Positions 47,572 through 56,577 of a DNA stretch of 64,000 bases are shown one piece after another (position 1 is the first letter of the stretch; each line of letters opens with the position of its first letter). The notes beneath the pieces are model-generated. The model did no database searches. It saw only the letters and a program-made list of their open reading frames with translations, and was not told the origin of the DNA. The translations under genes were made by a program, and so were the position numbers. Source of the stretch: Candidatus Shapirobacteria bacterium GW2011_GWF2_37_20 (GTDB lineage Bacteria > Patescibacteriota > Microgenomatia > UBA12405); contig LBTB01000006.1 of NCBI GenBank assembly GCA_000989305.1, forward strand, positions 66,448 through 130,447, in the 5' to 3' direction.

Positions 47572-48720
47572 TTAAAGAAATTTAAAGGAAAATAGAATCT
47601 GAGCAGTAAGTATTTCAAGTTTTGTATCTGCTTTTGTCGCATTAGTTATAATGGTTAAATTTGAAAGTGAATTATTGTCAAACTCATACCATAAAGTTTT
47701 TTTGTCTTGTGAAAGATAGTTATTGTCTTCTTCAGAACTAGGAATAACTTTGGTCGAGAATAAACCATTTGATGGCGAGTAGTCTAATGTAATTTTTTTG
47801 TCAGCAAAAATTGGACCAAAACCGGCTGGGTCGATGATAATCGATATTTGATAATTATTTTTAGAATCAGTTAACTCAAGTGCTGTTTTTGGCCCACCTT
47901 GAGTTTTGGTTTTTGGTAATTCATCAGAAATTGAAAAAGTATTTGGATATTGAAAACTGATGTTGTAAATTTTATTACTGTAGGTTTTCCAGTCTTTGGG
48001 AATGGCGGAGGTGGTGGCGGATTTTGTCGGCTCACAGGACATGGCGGTACAGGCGATTTGAAGATTTTCGTCACAAGAGCAGGAATTGCAACCATCGGTA
48101 GCCGGGAAAGATTCACCAACAGTATAAGTCTGTCCGTTTACTTCACAAACACCGACCGGGGCAAGAGTTGGCGAAGAATTGGTCGGAGGATTTTTGGTAT
48201 CGGAGAGAGATTTTTGAGAGTTTATAAAAGAAAAAATAATGGAAACCAGAACAATGATGAAGACAAATAAGGAAAAGAAAAAGAGATATTTAAAAAAATG
48301 ATTTTCTTTGGGGGGAACTAAATCAGAAGACTCGGGAGGTAATTCCATTGGAGTCTCGGGGGTAGTAATGGCCTCAGGAGCCGGAGGGGTAGTTAAATTT
48401 AAAGGTTCAGGTGTTATTTCAGGCTGGGGTTTAACTTCAATTTCCGATTGTGGTTTAATTTCAACTTCTGGTTCCGATTTAGGCTGGACTTCAATCTCTG
48501 GTATCGGCTGGGGATTAACGGGAGTGGCATTCTCTGGCTTGGGATCAATTTCAAGTTTCGACTCAGGAGTAAGCTCAGAATCTAAAAGCGGTTCCGGCTT
48601 TGGGGTCGATTCTAATTCTGGTTCTGGTTTTAGGGTTGGGGGTGCTTCGGTTGATTTAATGCTGTCGGCGTATTTGTCTAAAATATCTTGGTAGTTTGGT
48701 TCTGAGGCAGTATCTGTCAT
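47572..48720 (-). CDS. Single-pass surface protein: Pro/Glu-rich tail, TM, pacifastin-like Cys module, PsbP-like C-terminal region
   Basis: PE-rich repeats, TM (YLFFFSLFVFIIVLVSIIFSFI), C..CNSCSC..CTAMSC, WKTY.N..Y.ISFQYP. Confidence 0.75.
   Translation of the reverse strand: MTDTASEPNYQDILDKYADSIKSTEAPPTLKPEPELESTPKPEPLLDSELTPESKLEIDPKPENATPVNPQPIPEIEVQPKSEPEVEIKPQSEIEVKPQPEITPEPLNLTTPPAPEAITTPETPMELPPESSDLVPPKENHFFKYLFFFSLFVFIIVLVSIIFSFINSQKSLSDTKNPPTNSSPTLAPVGVCEVNGQTYTVGESFPATDGCNSCSCDENLQIACTAMSCEPTKSATTSAIPKDWKTYSNKIYNISFQYPNTFSISDELPKTKTQGGPKTALELTDSKNNYQISIIIDPAGFGPIFADKKITLDYSPSNGLFSTKVIPSSEEDNNYLSQDKKTLWYEFDNNSLSNLTIITNATKADTKLEILTAQILFSFKFL
48404..48510 (-). repeat. Degenerate coding tandem repeat (PEIEVQPK/PEVEIKPQ/SEIEVKPQ)
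   Basis: 24-30-nt imperfect units visible in DNA (ggtttaacttcaatttc / ggtttaatttcaacttc). Confidence 0.6.
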
Positions 48721-48776
48721 GAAATAATATTCTCATTTTTCGGAAGATGGTGCAACTATGATATAAATAAGCGCGG

Positions 48777-49820
48777 ATGAAAAAGATATTTATTAAAACT
48801 TTTGGCTGTGCTCAAAACGAATCTGATTCGGAAAGAGTTAAGGCGTTTTTTGCGGAAAAAGGTGATGTTTTTGTTGAAGACTGGAAAGAAGCAGATAAGG
48901 CGGTTATTAATAGTTGTGTAATTCGGGAATCAGCCGAAAACAGAGTTTACGGACTAATTGATAAAATTAAGAAATTTAACCCTAAAATAGAGATAATTTT
49001 AACTGGATGTTTGGTGCCGATTACGAAAAAGAAAATCACTGGTGTTGATCAAATGTTGCCAATTAAAGAGATTAGTTTTGATTTGGAACCATTGCGAGAT
49101 AAAAAAAGAGCCGCTCTTGTTACCATCAGCTCTGGATGCAACAACTATTGTTCTTATTGCATCGTCCCCTACGCGAGAGGTAAAGAAATATCCCGCAAAA
49201 TGGAGGATATTTTAAAAGAAGTTGATGAGGCGATGGAAAAAGGATTTGAAGAAGTGGTATTGATTGGACAAAACGTTAACTCTTATGGGGCTGATTTTGG
49301 TGATGAAAGTAGTGTCTCAATGGGGAAAAAAAGAATAAAAAGTCTTTTTCCAAAATTATTAGAAGAAGTGGCAAAAAGAGCACTAAAGAAAGTGTCTTTT
49401 ATCAGTAGTAATCCGTGGGATTTTTCGGATGAATTAATTGAAGTAATAGCTAAATACCCAAACATTGACCGGTTATTACACCTTCCTTTCCAGTCAGGAG
49501 ATGACAAGGTGTTAAAAAATATGAACCGGGGTTATAGCAAAGAAGAATATTTAGACTTGGTAAGTAAAATTAAAAAACATGTTCCGGATGTCAGATTCTC
49601 AACAGATATCATTATTGGGTTTCCGGGAGAAGATGAAAAGGCCTTTCAAAATACGGTTGATGTCTGTAAAAAGGTTGGATTTGAAATTGCATACCTTAAT
49701 AAATATTCCCCCCGCCGGGGAACAGTGTCAGCAAAACTTTACAGAGACGAAATCCCGATGGCGGAAAAAAAGAGAAGGTGGAATGTTTTAAATGAGCTGG
49801 TAAACAAAAAATCAGAGTAG
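48777..49820 (+). CDS. miaB: MiaB-like tRNA methylthiotransferase (no C-terminal TRAM domain)
   Basis: TFGCAQNESDSE, NSC.IRE.AE, GCNNYCSYCIVPY.RG.E.SR, GQNVNSYG, HLP.QSG, DIIIGFPGE. Confidence 0.85.
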   Translation: MKKIFIKTFGCAQNESDSERVKAFFAEKGDVFVEDWKEADKAVINSCVIRESAENRVYGLIDKIKKFNPKIEIILTGCLVPITKKKITGVDQMLPIKEISFDLEPLRDKKRAALVTISSGCNNYCSYCIVPYARGKEISRKMEDILKEVDEAMEKGFEEVVLIGQNVNSYGADFGDESSVSMGKKRIKSLFPKLLEEVAKRALKKVSFISSNPWDFSDELIEVIAKYPNIDRLLHLPFQSGDDKVLKNMNRGYSKEEYLDLVSKIKKHVPDVRFSTDIIIGFPGEDEKAFQNTVDVCKKVGFEIAYLNKYSPRRGTVSAKLYRDEIPMAEKKRRWNVLNELVNKKSE

Positions 49821-50378
49821 ATTGTTCTCAGAGAGATAGCGATGGGTAAGAAAAATGGCGGCGACATGTTCTGTGTCTTTAATTAAAGAGTCGGGCTTGC
49901 CAAGTGAATTGTAGATTTCAATAAAGGGGTGCAACTCAGTGGTCATTTCACTATATTTTTCAGCGTAGGGATCTAGGGTTGGGGCTGAAATATATTCGCA
50001 GTTAGTGGCCAAAAATATTTGACAACGATGGTCAGTTTCGTTGGATAAAGTATGGTAACGACCAAGGTCGATAAAAGTTTCTGAGCGATAACCACTTTCT
50101 TCAAAAAGTTCTCTTTTGGCTGTACCCAAAAAATTTTCATTTTCATCCACGGCGCCAGCGGGGTCTTCGTAGGTAAATCCTTTTTGAGTATATCGGTACT
50201 GCCTAACTAATATTAAATTTTTATCCTTATCTAGGGCGACAATGATTGTACCTGACGGAGCACTGACATAGGCCCAAAAACCTTTGGTGCCGTCAGAAAG
50301 TTTTAAATGATCAACAACAAACTTTTTGTGGTATTTGTTGAAAAGTATTTCTTGGGAAATTAATTTTGAATTTCTCAT
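49812..50378 (-). CDS. NUDIX hydrolase (ADP-ribose pyrophosphatase-like)
   Basis: LVRQYRY and Nudix box G.....E.......RELFEESG. Confidence 0.9.
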   Translation of the reverse strand: MRNSKLISQEILFNKYHKKFVVDHLKLSDGTKGFWAYVSAPSGTIIVALDKDKNLILVRQYRYTQKGFTYEDPAGAVDENENFLGTAKRELFEESGYRSETFIDLGRYHTLSNETDHRCQIFLATNCEYISAPTLDPYAEKYSEMTTELHPFIEIYNSLGKPDSLIKDTEHVAAIFLTHRYLSENNLL

Positions 50379-51301
50379 CTTAAATATTTAGCGACGTTGG
50401 CATTATGCTCGGTTAGATTTTTGGCGTAATGAATCTGACCACTACTGTCGTTTAAATAATAAACATATTCGGAATCTGTGGGATGATAAGCGGCATAGAG
50501 AGAATCAAAACCGGGATTACAAATCGGGGAAGGAGGCAAACCACGATTTTTGTAGGTGTTATAGGGTGAGACTATACTTAGATCAGACTTTGAAATGGGT
50601 TGCCAATATTTTGCGGGGTGAGTTAAAGAATCTTTGGCATATTGAACGGTGGCATCGATTTGAAGGGGCATACCAACACCCAGACGATTCATCAAGATTC
50701 CGGCAATGATTTTTTTATCAGAGAGGGTTTTGGCCTCCCTTTCTAAAATGGAGGCTAAGATTAATGTCTGGGTGGGAGTGAGCTTGGTCGTGAAACCGAT
50801 TGATGCTTCTGCTAATTTTTCCCGGAAGTTGTTTTCGATCAGAGCCAAAATTTGAGAATGAGAATAATTTTGAGGAATCAAATAGCTGTCCGGAAAGAGC
50901 TGGCCTTCTAAACCTTTGGAAACAAGAGTGAAATCATCGTCCGGAGAAAATTGTTCTATTCTGGTGCCGGGAATTATTTTAAACCAATAATCGGTACTAC
51001 CACCTTTGATTAATTTTTGAATTAAGTTAGGAAGGGTCTCTGAAGAAGTTAAGTAAAAAGTGCCGGCTTGAATTTTTTGGCTCAAACCAAAGACCCGACT
51101 ATAAATTACGAAAACATAACGATTGTTGATAAAGTGAAATTTCTCTAAACGGGAAGCTATGGTTAAAAGACCCTCGCCCTGATTAATGACAAAGATTTTT
51201 TTGGTAGTGTCAGAAGAAGGTGCCTTGAGGGAAAGATAACAAAATAAGGCCAGGGATAAAAACAGAAAAAGCGGAATTAGCAGCAATATCTTTTTCATCA
51301 A
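50375..51301 (-). CDS. mltG: Endolytic transglycosylase MltG
   Basis: LEG.LFPDSY, LASILEREA, NRL..GMPLQIDAT..Y, SPYNTY...GLPP.PI.NPG. Confidence 0.93.
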   Translation of the reverse strand: MMKKILLLIPLFLFLSLALFCYLSLKAPSSDTTKKIFVINQGEGLLTIASRLEKFHFINNRYVFVIYSRVFGLSQKIQAGTFYLTSSETLPNLIQKLIKGGSTDYWFKIIPGTRIEQFSPDDDFTLVSKGLEGQLFPDSYLIPQNYSHSQILALIENNFREKLAEASIGFTTKLTPTQTLILASILEREAKTLSDKKIIAGILMNRLGVGMPLQIDATVQYAKDSLTHPAKYWQPISKSDLSIVSPYNTYKNRGLPPSPICNPGFDSLYAAYHPTDSEYVYYLNDSSGQIHYAKNLTEHNANVAKYLR

Positions 51302-51495
51302 ATTTCAGTGAAAAGAGCGCGACGGTAAGTGTCGGTTTGGTGGTTGTGAATAAAAATGCGGCCACAACGACAAGTGACAGTGGTTTGGCCACGGATAACT
51401 TTACGGCCGCCTTTGGATAATTCTTCACCACAACCGACGCAACGTCCCTGGGAAAGTAACCATGCCTGAATGGGGGAAATTAGATTTTTAAACAT
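51298..51495 (-). CDS. Small Zn-ribbon-like protein (65 aa)
   Basis: CVGC...CRC Cys pairs; start moved to ATG 51495, 4 nt after the yqgF stop; ATGA overlap with mltG. Confidence 0.7.
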   Translation of the reverse strand: MFKNLISPIQAWLLSQGRCVGCGEELSKGGRKVIRGQTTVTCRCGRIFIHNHQTDTYRRALFTEI

Positions 51496-51499
51496 AGTG

Positions 51500-51877
51500 T
51501 TAATTTGAATCAATAACTCGATTGAGAATAACTGCGGCAGCGATGGAATCGATTTGTTTTTTATAAGCTTTGGTATTTTTCCTACTCTCAGAAAAAATAC
51601 TTTCAGCCTCAATAGTACTCAGCGATTCCTCGACTGTTTCGATAGGTAATTTTATCACGGTAGAGAGATGAGAAACAAATTTTTTGGTCATCATTGCAAT
51701 CTTACCTTCACAGAGACCGACATAGATTTTTTCGATACGATAATCGGTAATTATTTGTTGGAGATTTTTGGTAAAATCCGCATCGTTTTTAACCATGGGT
51801 AAAGTAAAAATAATACCATTCTGGGAATAGGCCAGACCAATTCTTTTAGTACCGTAATCAATACTTAGGAAATTCAT
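51500..51877 (-). CDS. yqgF: YqgF/RuvX pre-16S rRNA nuclease
   Basis: IDYGTKRIGLA, V.E.LST.EA, ID..AA.VIL. Confidence 0.92.
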   Translation of the reverse strand: MNFLSIDYGTKRIGLAYSQNGIIFTLPMVKNDADFTKNLQQIITDYRIEKIYVGLCEGKIAMMTKKFVSHLSTVIKLPIETVEESLSTIEAESIFSESRKNTKAYKKQIDSIAAAVILNRVIDSN

Positions 51878-52605
51878 GTATTATCTGTGATTTGAGCTTT
51901 AATGATTAAGCGCCGAAGGTAGGTTCCCGGAGGAGAACAGGTAACTAAAGTTAAATAACGGCCATCAAAACGCTGTTCTAAAACCGAAAGGTCGGTGGGT
52001 TGAACTTCATACATTTCGGCAACAAGGTATTTATAGCGGATATGGTCGTAATCAACAAAAATTTCGTCGCCCTGTTTTAGCTTATAGAGGGTGGAAAAAA
52101 TAGTGATGTAAGACTTTGGGTTAAAAAACTGAGGCAGAACGGAATGACCAAAAATTACCGGAGAGCCAAACTGACCGGGTAAGGCGGTTTTTGGGTATTG
52201 GATTAACGATTTTTTTAAATCAGTGCTACCAAAAATTACAGCCGCCTGGTCTATTTTTAGTTTGGGAATTGAGACATAATAAGTTGACAGGGAGGAGGTT
52301 GGTAAAGTTTCAGGACTGACACCGGAATCAGTGACAAACCAATTGGAAAGTTGGGTGTAGTCTGTATTTAAATCACCCAAAACTGAACCACTGCGATTAT
52401 AAAATTGACTTGAGAGGGGGTTTAATATTTGATTAAATTTAGTTGAATATTCTAGTTGGAACTGAACAATCGGGAAAATCACCGATAAAAATAAAAAGAG
52501 ACCGGAAAAAAGAAAAAGTGAAGCAAATATTTTTTTTCGTCGGAGAGAAAGAACCTTTTTTGGCGCTACTGTTTTGGGGGTGGTTTTTACATAGAGATAA
52601 CTCAT
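51874..52605 (-). CDS. Sortase
   Basis: N-terminal TM, IPKL.I, IFGHS, LTLVTC.PPG...RR catalytic His/Cys/Arg. Confidence 0.92.
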   Translation of the reverse strand: MSYLYVKTTPKTVAPKKVLSLRRKKIFASLFLFSGLFLFLSVIFPIVQFQLEYSTKFNQILNPLSSQFYNRSGSVLGDLNTDYTQLSNWFVTDSGVSPETLPTSSLSTYYVSIPKLKIDQAAVIFGSTDLKKSLIQYPKTALPGQFGSPVIFGHSVLPQFFNPKSYITIFSTLYKLKQGDEIFVDYDHIRYKYLVAEMYEVQPTDLSVLEQRFDGRYLTLVTCSPPGTYLRRLIIKAQITDNT

Positions 52606-52607
52606 GA

Positions 52608-54743
52608 TTAAAATTTTTCGATAATGGTAATTTTATCTTTTGATGGGGGTAATCGTTTAAGAAAACTGAACATATTGGGAATAATCTTAATCTCACGATT
52701 ATAAACCCTCGATTGAGAATCAATTATTTTTAGAGCGGTAGTAAAATCTTGACCAGTAAGACGCTGACGGAGATCATCGACATCAATTTTGGGGAGAGTT
52801 TTACCGGTAACAGTTAATTTACCAACGGATTTTTCTGAAGAATTTTTGGTGGGGACAAAAGAAAAGGTGAAATCAGAAGGAGAAGCAATTGACAGTAAAA
52901 ATGCCTGATCATTGGCAAAAAGGGTTTTTAATATACTATCTTTTTGTTGAGGATCAAGTTGAAAAACAGAAATGATCAAATCAGCATTGACTTGCAAGGT
53001 GTCAGCTTCCTCCCCTATTTCCCGATTAAAATCTAACTGCTTCTTGTCGATAAATTTCGTTCCGGGCATAAGGCCATTAAGGGAAGACTCGGCGTTTATT
53101 TTCTCAGAGATGCGGGAATCTAAAGAATCGGTAACAGATTTGTTCAGATTGTTTTTATCCTCCTGGGAGACGACACGAATTTGACGTCGGGAACCTCCGG
53201 AAAGAGAATCGTTAACCTTAGCCAAAAGACTACTACTATCCTTAAAACTAAGAAGGGCGTCTTTTTTTAAATCAAATTCCGGACCAATGTCACTGGCGAT
53301 GGCGTTGGCCTTGCTTTGGCCCATGGTAATAGTGCCGGTGGCTAAATTGTAAGCACTGGCGGGAATCTGAACTGAAGTAAGAAGTTCATATTTTTTACCG
53401 GAGGTGTCAGACAAAATTGTGCCCTTGGGAACATTTTGAATTTTGTCGTCTTTATTGAAAATTGTTATCTCGCCCTTAGCTTTATCGCCGGTTTCTTTTT
53501 CACCAGTGGTGGGTAATGATTCACTAAATTTTAGATCAAGGCTCTTTTTAATGACAGGAATGTTGTCAGCGGTAACCGAGGAAGTAGTGGAGTCAAGAGT
53601 GACGTTAAAATCTTTGTTAATTTCTATTGGGTTAAAATTAATAGTAACTTCTGCTTTGATTAGGAAATAAGGGAGGAGAATCAATAGTGGCGAGAGAGCA
53701 AAGGGAATAAGCAACCAAGGGTTAAAGGAAAAATGGGGTAAGTGTAATTTGGGAAAAGAAATTTTTGGGAAAGATAAGTTAAGCTTTGGTGACGCAGGAG
53801 GGATACTTGATGGTTCAGGTGTCGGGGGAGACAGGACAATAGAGTCGGATTCAATAATTTCTGAAAAACCCAAATCTTCTGATTTCACTTCATCTACAAT
53901 ATTTTCTTCAACTCCTTCAGTTAAGTCTTGAACTCTTTCTTCGATTGGTTCTTCAACTTTTTCTTCAATAATTGTTTCTTTTGCCTCCGGAAAAGCCGAA
54001 GGGGGAATAACAACTTCGGAATTATTTTCGATTTGAGAAGAAACCGTTTTGCAATACAAATTAAAGAGTTCTTCTGGTTGATAACTTTCAACATCTGGTA
54101 AGTGTAAGAAAGTTTCAACATTTTTTTTACCAATCCAGGAATAATTTTTTAAATCATCGACGATACTAAGGCCTAAATGACCAAAAATTAAAATCCGGGG
54201 AGGAAGAGCTGAGTCAAGACGAACTGTAACCAAGGCATTTTCTAGATCTTGAGGGGTAAAATCATCGGACAAAACCTGGTGAAAACGTTTTTTTACTTCA
54301 CCAAGATAGACCAAAGAAAGAGAAAATTCTTTAAGGCCCAAATAAACTAGAATAAAACTAGGGGGAAAAGAATCATCCTTACCCAGGGCTTCGATAAAAG
54401 CTTCATCATTGCTAATAAAACCAAGAGGTTTGAGCTTTAAAGAACGACAGAGATTTTCCAATAATTTAAGAAATTCCGGAAAAATTTTACCATCGTTTCC
54501 TATCCATTTTGGAGGAAGAATAAAAGCGCTGACTTCAGGCTCCTGTTCCGGTTCAAGGGCAACCTTTTCGGCGGCGGCAGACAAGGAAATATCGACAGAA
54601 TGGAGAAAAGAATCTGGATTGTCGGGAAGCCATTCGGTTTCAGGGCCGAGAGCAACGAGCGAATTGGGAGTGCCACGTTTAATTAAGCCGACAGAAACAG
54701 CTTCAGATGTAATCGAAATGAGCCAATAATAGGATGCCTCCAT
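52608..54743 (-). CDS. Single-pass membrane protein with C-terminal baseplate J/gp47-like domain and degenerate FtsA-like N-terminus
   Basis: After the TM: TGEK..G.KAKGEITIFN, PKGT.L...G..Y, A...GP..., GGS...VSQED, the pattern of baseplate-J-like proteins; N-terminal fold call is tentative. Confidence 0.65.
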   Translation of the reverse strand: MEASYYWLISITSEAVSVGLIKRGTPNSLVALGPETEWLPDNPDSFLHSVDISLSAAAEKVALEPEQEPEVSAFILPPKWIGNDGKIFPEFLKLLENLCRSLKLKPLGFISNDEAFIEALGKDDSFPPSFILVYLGLKEFSLSLVYLGEVKKRFHQVLSDDFTPQDLENALVTVRLDSALPPRILIFGHLGLSIVDDLKNYSWIGKKNVETFLHLPDVESYQPEELFNLYCKTVSSQIENNSEVVIPPSAFPEAKETIIEEKVEEPIEERVQDLTEGVEENIVDEVKSEDLGFSEIIESDSIVLSPPTPEPSSIPPASPKLNLSFPKISFPKLHLPHFSFNPWLLIPFALSPLLILLPYFLIKAEVTINFNPIEINKDFNVTLDSTTSSVTADNIPVIKKSLDLKFSESLPTTGEKETGDKAKGEITIFNKDDKIQNVPKGTILSDTSGKKYELLTSVQIPASAYNLATGTITMGQSKANAIASDIGPEFDLKKDALLSFKDSSSLLAKVNDSLSGGSRRQIRVVSQEDKNNLNKSVTDSLDSRISEKINAESSLNGLMPGTKFIDKKQLDFNREIGEEADTLQVNADLIISVFQLDPQQKDSILKTLFANDQAFLLSIASPSDFTFSFVPTKNSSEKSVGKLTVTGKTLPKIDVDDLRQRLTGQDFTTALKIIDSQSRVYNREIKIIPNMFSFLKRLPPSKDKITIIEKF

Positions 54744-55138
54744 TACTTAAGAATAGCATAAATCCGACGCTTTCCACTGCCTGCGGATTCTTCTTTGAGG
54801 ATTTCAAAAGACCCAAGTTTGCCGATGTTTTCAACATGGGGACCGGTACAAATTTCTTTGGAAAAATAACCTTTGGGATTACCAACCGTATAAACAGTGA
54901 CAATTTCAGGATATTTAGCACCAAAAAAGGCTAAGGCTCCACTTTTTTGGGCATCGATAAATTTCATTGATTCGACAGAGACCGGCAGAGACAATTTAAT
55001 TTGATCATTAACAATTTTTTCTACCTCTTTTAATTGAGTTTCGGAAACTTTTTCCTGATGAGAAAAATCAAAACGTAATCTTTCAGAAGTGATATTAGAA
55101 CCACCCTGCTGAACATGATCACCTAAGACTTTTCTTAG
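54743..55138 (-). pseudogene. alaS: Out-of-frame C-terminal editing-domain segment of alanyl-tRNA synthetase
   Basis: Open frame LRKVLGDHVQQGGSNITSERLRFDFSH...EICTGPHV...EES.GSG.RRI begins at 55138, shifted -1 relative to the upstream alaS frame, without its own start at that point. Confidence 0.8.
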
Positions 55139-56544
55139 GTGTGATATTTGGTAATAACTTCTGAATGATCGGCAAGACCCGATTTAAATTTTCCAGCAGA
55201 GAGAGTGCGTGATTGTTCAGTATGTTTTTGTTTTTCAATATTAAAATATTTAATGATTTCGTCCCTATCAAACATTTTAATAATTGTTTTATAAAACGAT
55301 GCTTCATCAAGAAACATTTCAACGGGAAAACCAAAACTTTCAAAATAATAAAAAGCTTTTTTACCTAAATACTCAGCGCTTATGGCTTCTTGTTTTTTAT
55401 TTTCAAAAAGTTTTGTGTAATTTATAAAATCTTTTTCAATTTCATTTAGACCTTTATTAAGGGTGCGGCGAAATTTGGTTTCTTCGGCTTCGAGAGTTTC
55501 TAAAATTTTATTCTCGTTGAGATCTAATTCCGGGTAAGTACCGGCATAGTTGTCTTGATTATCTAATACGGCCTGCGCAATTACTGAACAAAAATTGTTT
55601 TCAATGCCAATAATTTTACCTTGACGAATTGAACGTCGAATTAAACGACGAAGGACATATCCCCTTTCTTTGTTTGAAGGCTCGACACCATCGGCTATCA
55701 TAAAGATTGCGGCACGAAGGTGATCGGCAATGATACGCATCGGGACCAAGTTTTCGGAATATTTTTTAGTGGAAATATTTTCAATTTCTTTAATGATTGG
55801 TTGCCAAATATTGGTCAGATAATTATCTGAAAAACCAGATAAAACAGCGGTGGTTCTTTCAACTCCCATGCCGGTATCAATGTTATTTTGAACAAGTTGT
55901 TCGTATTTACCCTGATTATTTTTGAGATATTGAATTAACACATCATTCCAAATTTCGACCCAACGATTGTCTTTTGGATCGAAAACTTCTGGAGCCTGAT
56001 TATCGCCTGTCCAATAAAACATTTCTGTATCGGTACCGCAGGGACCGGTAATTCCGGGTGGACCCCACCAATTATTTTCTTTTGGTAGATAGGCAATTCT
56101 TGGTAAAGGTATTCCCTGTTTTTCCCATAATTTTGCTGTTTCTTCGTCTTTTGGAGCATCCTGATCTCCGGCAAAAACCGATACTGCCAGTTTATTTTGG
56201 GGAATATTTAATGTTTTTGTCAAAAACTCAAAGCTCCATGGGATCATCTCTTGCTTAAAGTAATCACCCAAAGACCAATTACCCAACATTTCAAAAAAAG
56301 TATGGTGAACAGCATCACCAACTTCTTCAATATCGCCAGTCCGGACACATTTTTGAACATTAACCAAACGGTCACCGCTGGGATGTTTTTTACCGAGAAA
56401 AAACGGAACTAGGGGTTGAATTCCGGCTGAGATAAAAAGAGTGGTAGGATCATTTTCCGGAACCAGCATTGCTGAAGGAATTTCGACATGCTTTTTCTTT
56501 AAAAAGAACTCGATAAATATATTCTTTAACTCCCGCGCGTTCAT
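55135..56544 (-). CDS. alaS: Alanyl-tRNA synthetase, aminoacylation region; stops prematurely at ...KYHT
   Basis: DPT.LF..AG, QKCVRT.D, HHTFFEMLGNWS.GDYFK, GPCG..TE, IDTGMG.ER, IIADH.R, RGYVLRRLIRR. Confidence 0.95.
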   Translation of the reverse strand: MNARELKNIFIEFFLKKKHVEIPSAMLVPENDPTTLFISAGIQPLVPFFLGKKHPSGDRLVNVQKCVRTGDIEEVGDAVHHTFFEMLGNWSLGDYFKQEMIPWSFEFLTKTLNIPQNKLAVSVFAGDQDAPKDEETAKLWEKQGIPLPRIAYLPKENNWWGPPGITGPCGTDTEMFYWTGDNQAPEVFDPKDNRWVEIWNDVLIQYLKNNQGKYEQLVQNNIDTGMGVERTTAVLSGFSDNYLTNIWQPIIKEIENISTKKYSENLVPMRIIADHLRAAIFMIADGVEPSNKERGYVLRRLIRRSIRQGKIIGIENNFCSVIAQAVLDNQDNYAGTYPELDLNENKILETLEAEETKFRRTLNKGLNEIEKDFINYTKLFENKKQEAISAEYLGKKAFYYFESFGFPVEMFLDEASFYKTIIKMFDRDEIIKYFNIEKQKHTEQSRTLSAGKFKSGLADHSEVITKYHT

Positions 56545-56577
56545 AGAGGAATTATAGCAAGAAGACGGCTAGTTAAG

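Noticed and set aside
52608-54743. Prophage or contractile injection system
   Set aside because: No capsid, terminase, sheath, tube, spike or integrase genes nearby; the gene is embedded among housekeeping genes and has a TM helix.
55119-55343. Programmed frameshift restoring full-length AlaRS
   Set aside because: No canonical slippery heptamer at the junction, and about 8 conserved codons are missing regardless of frame.
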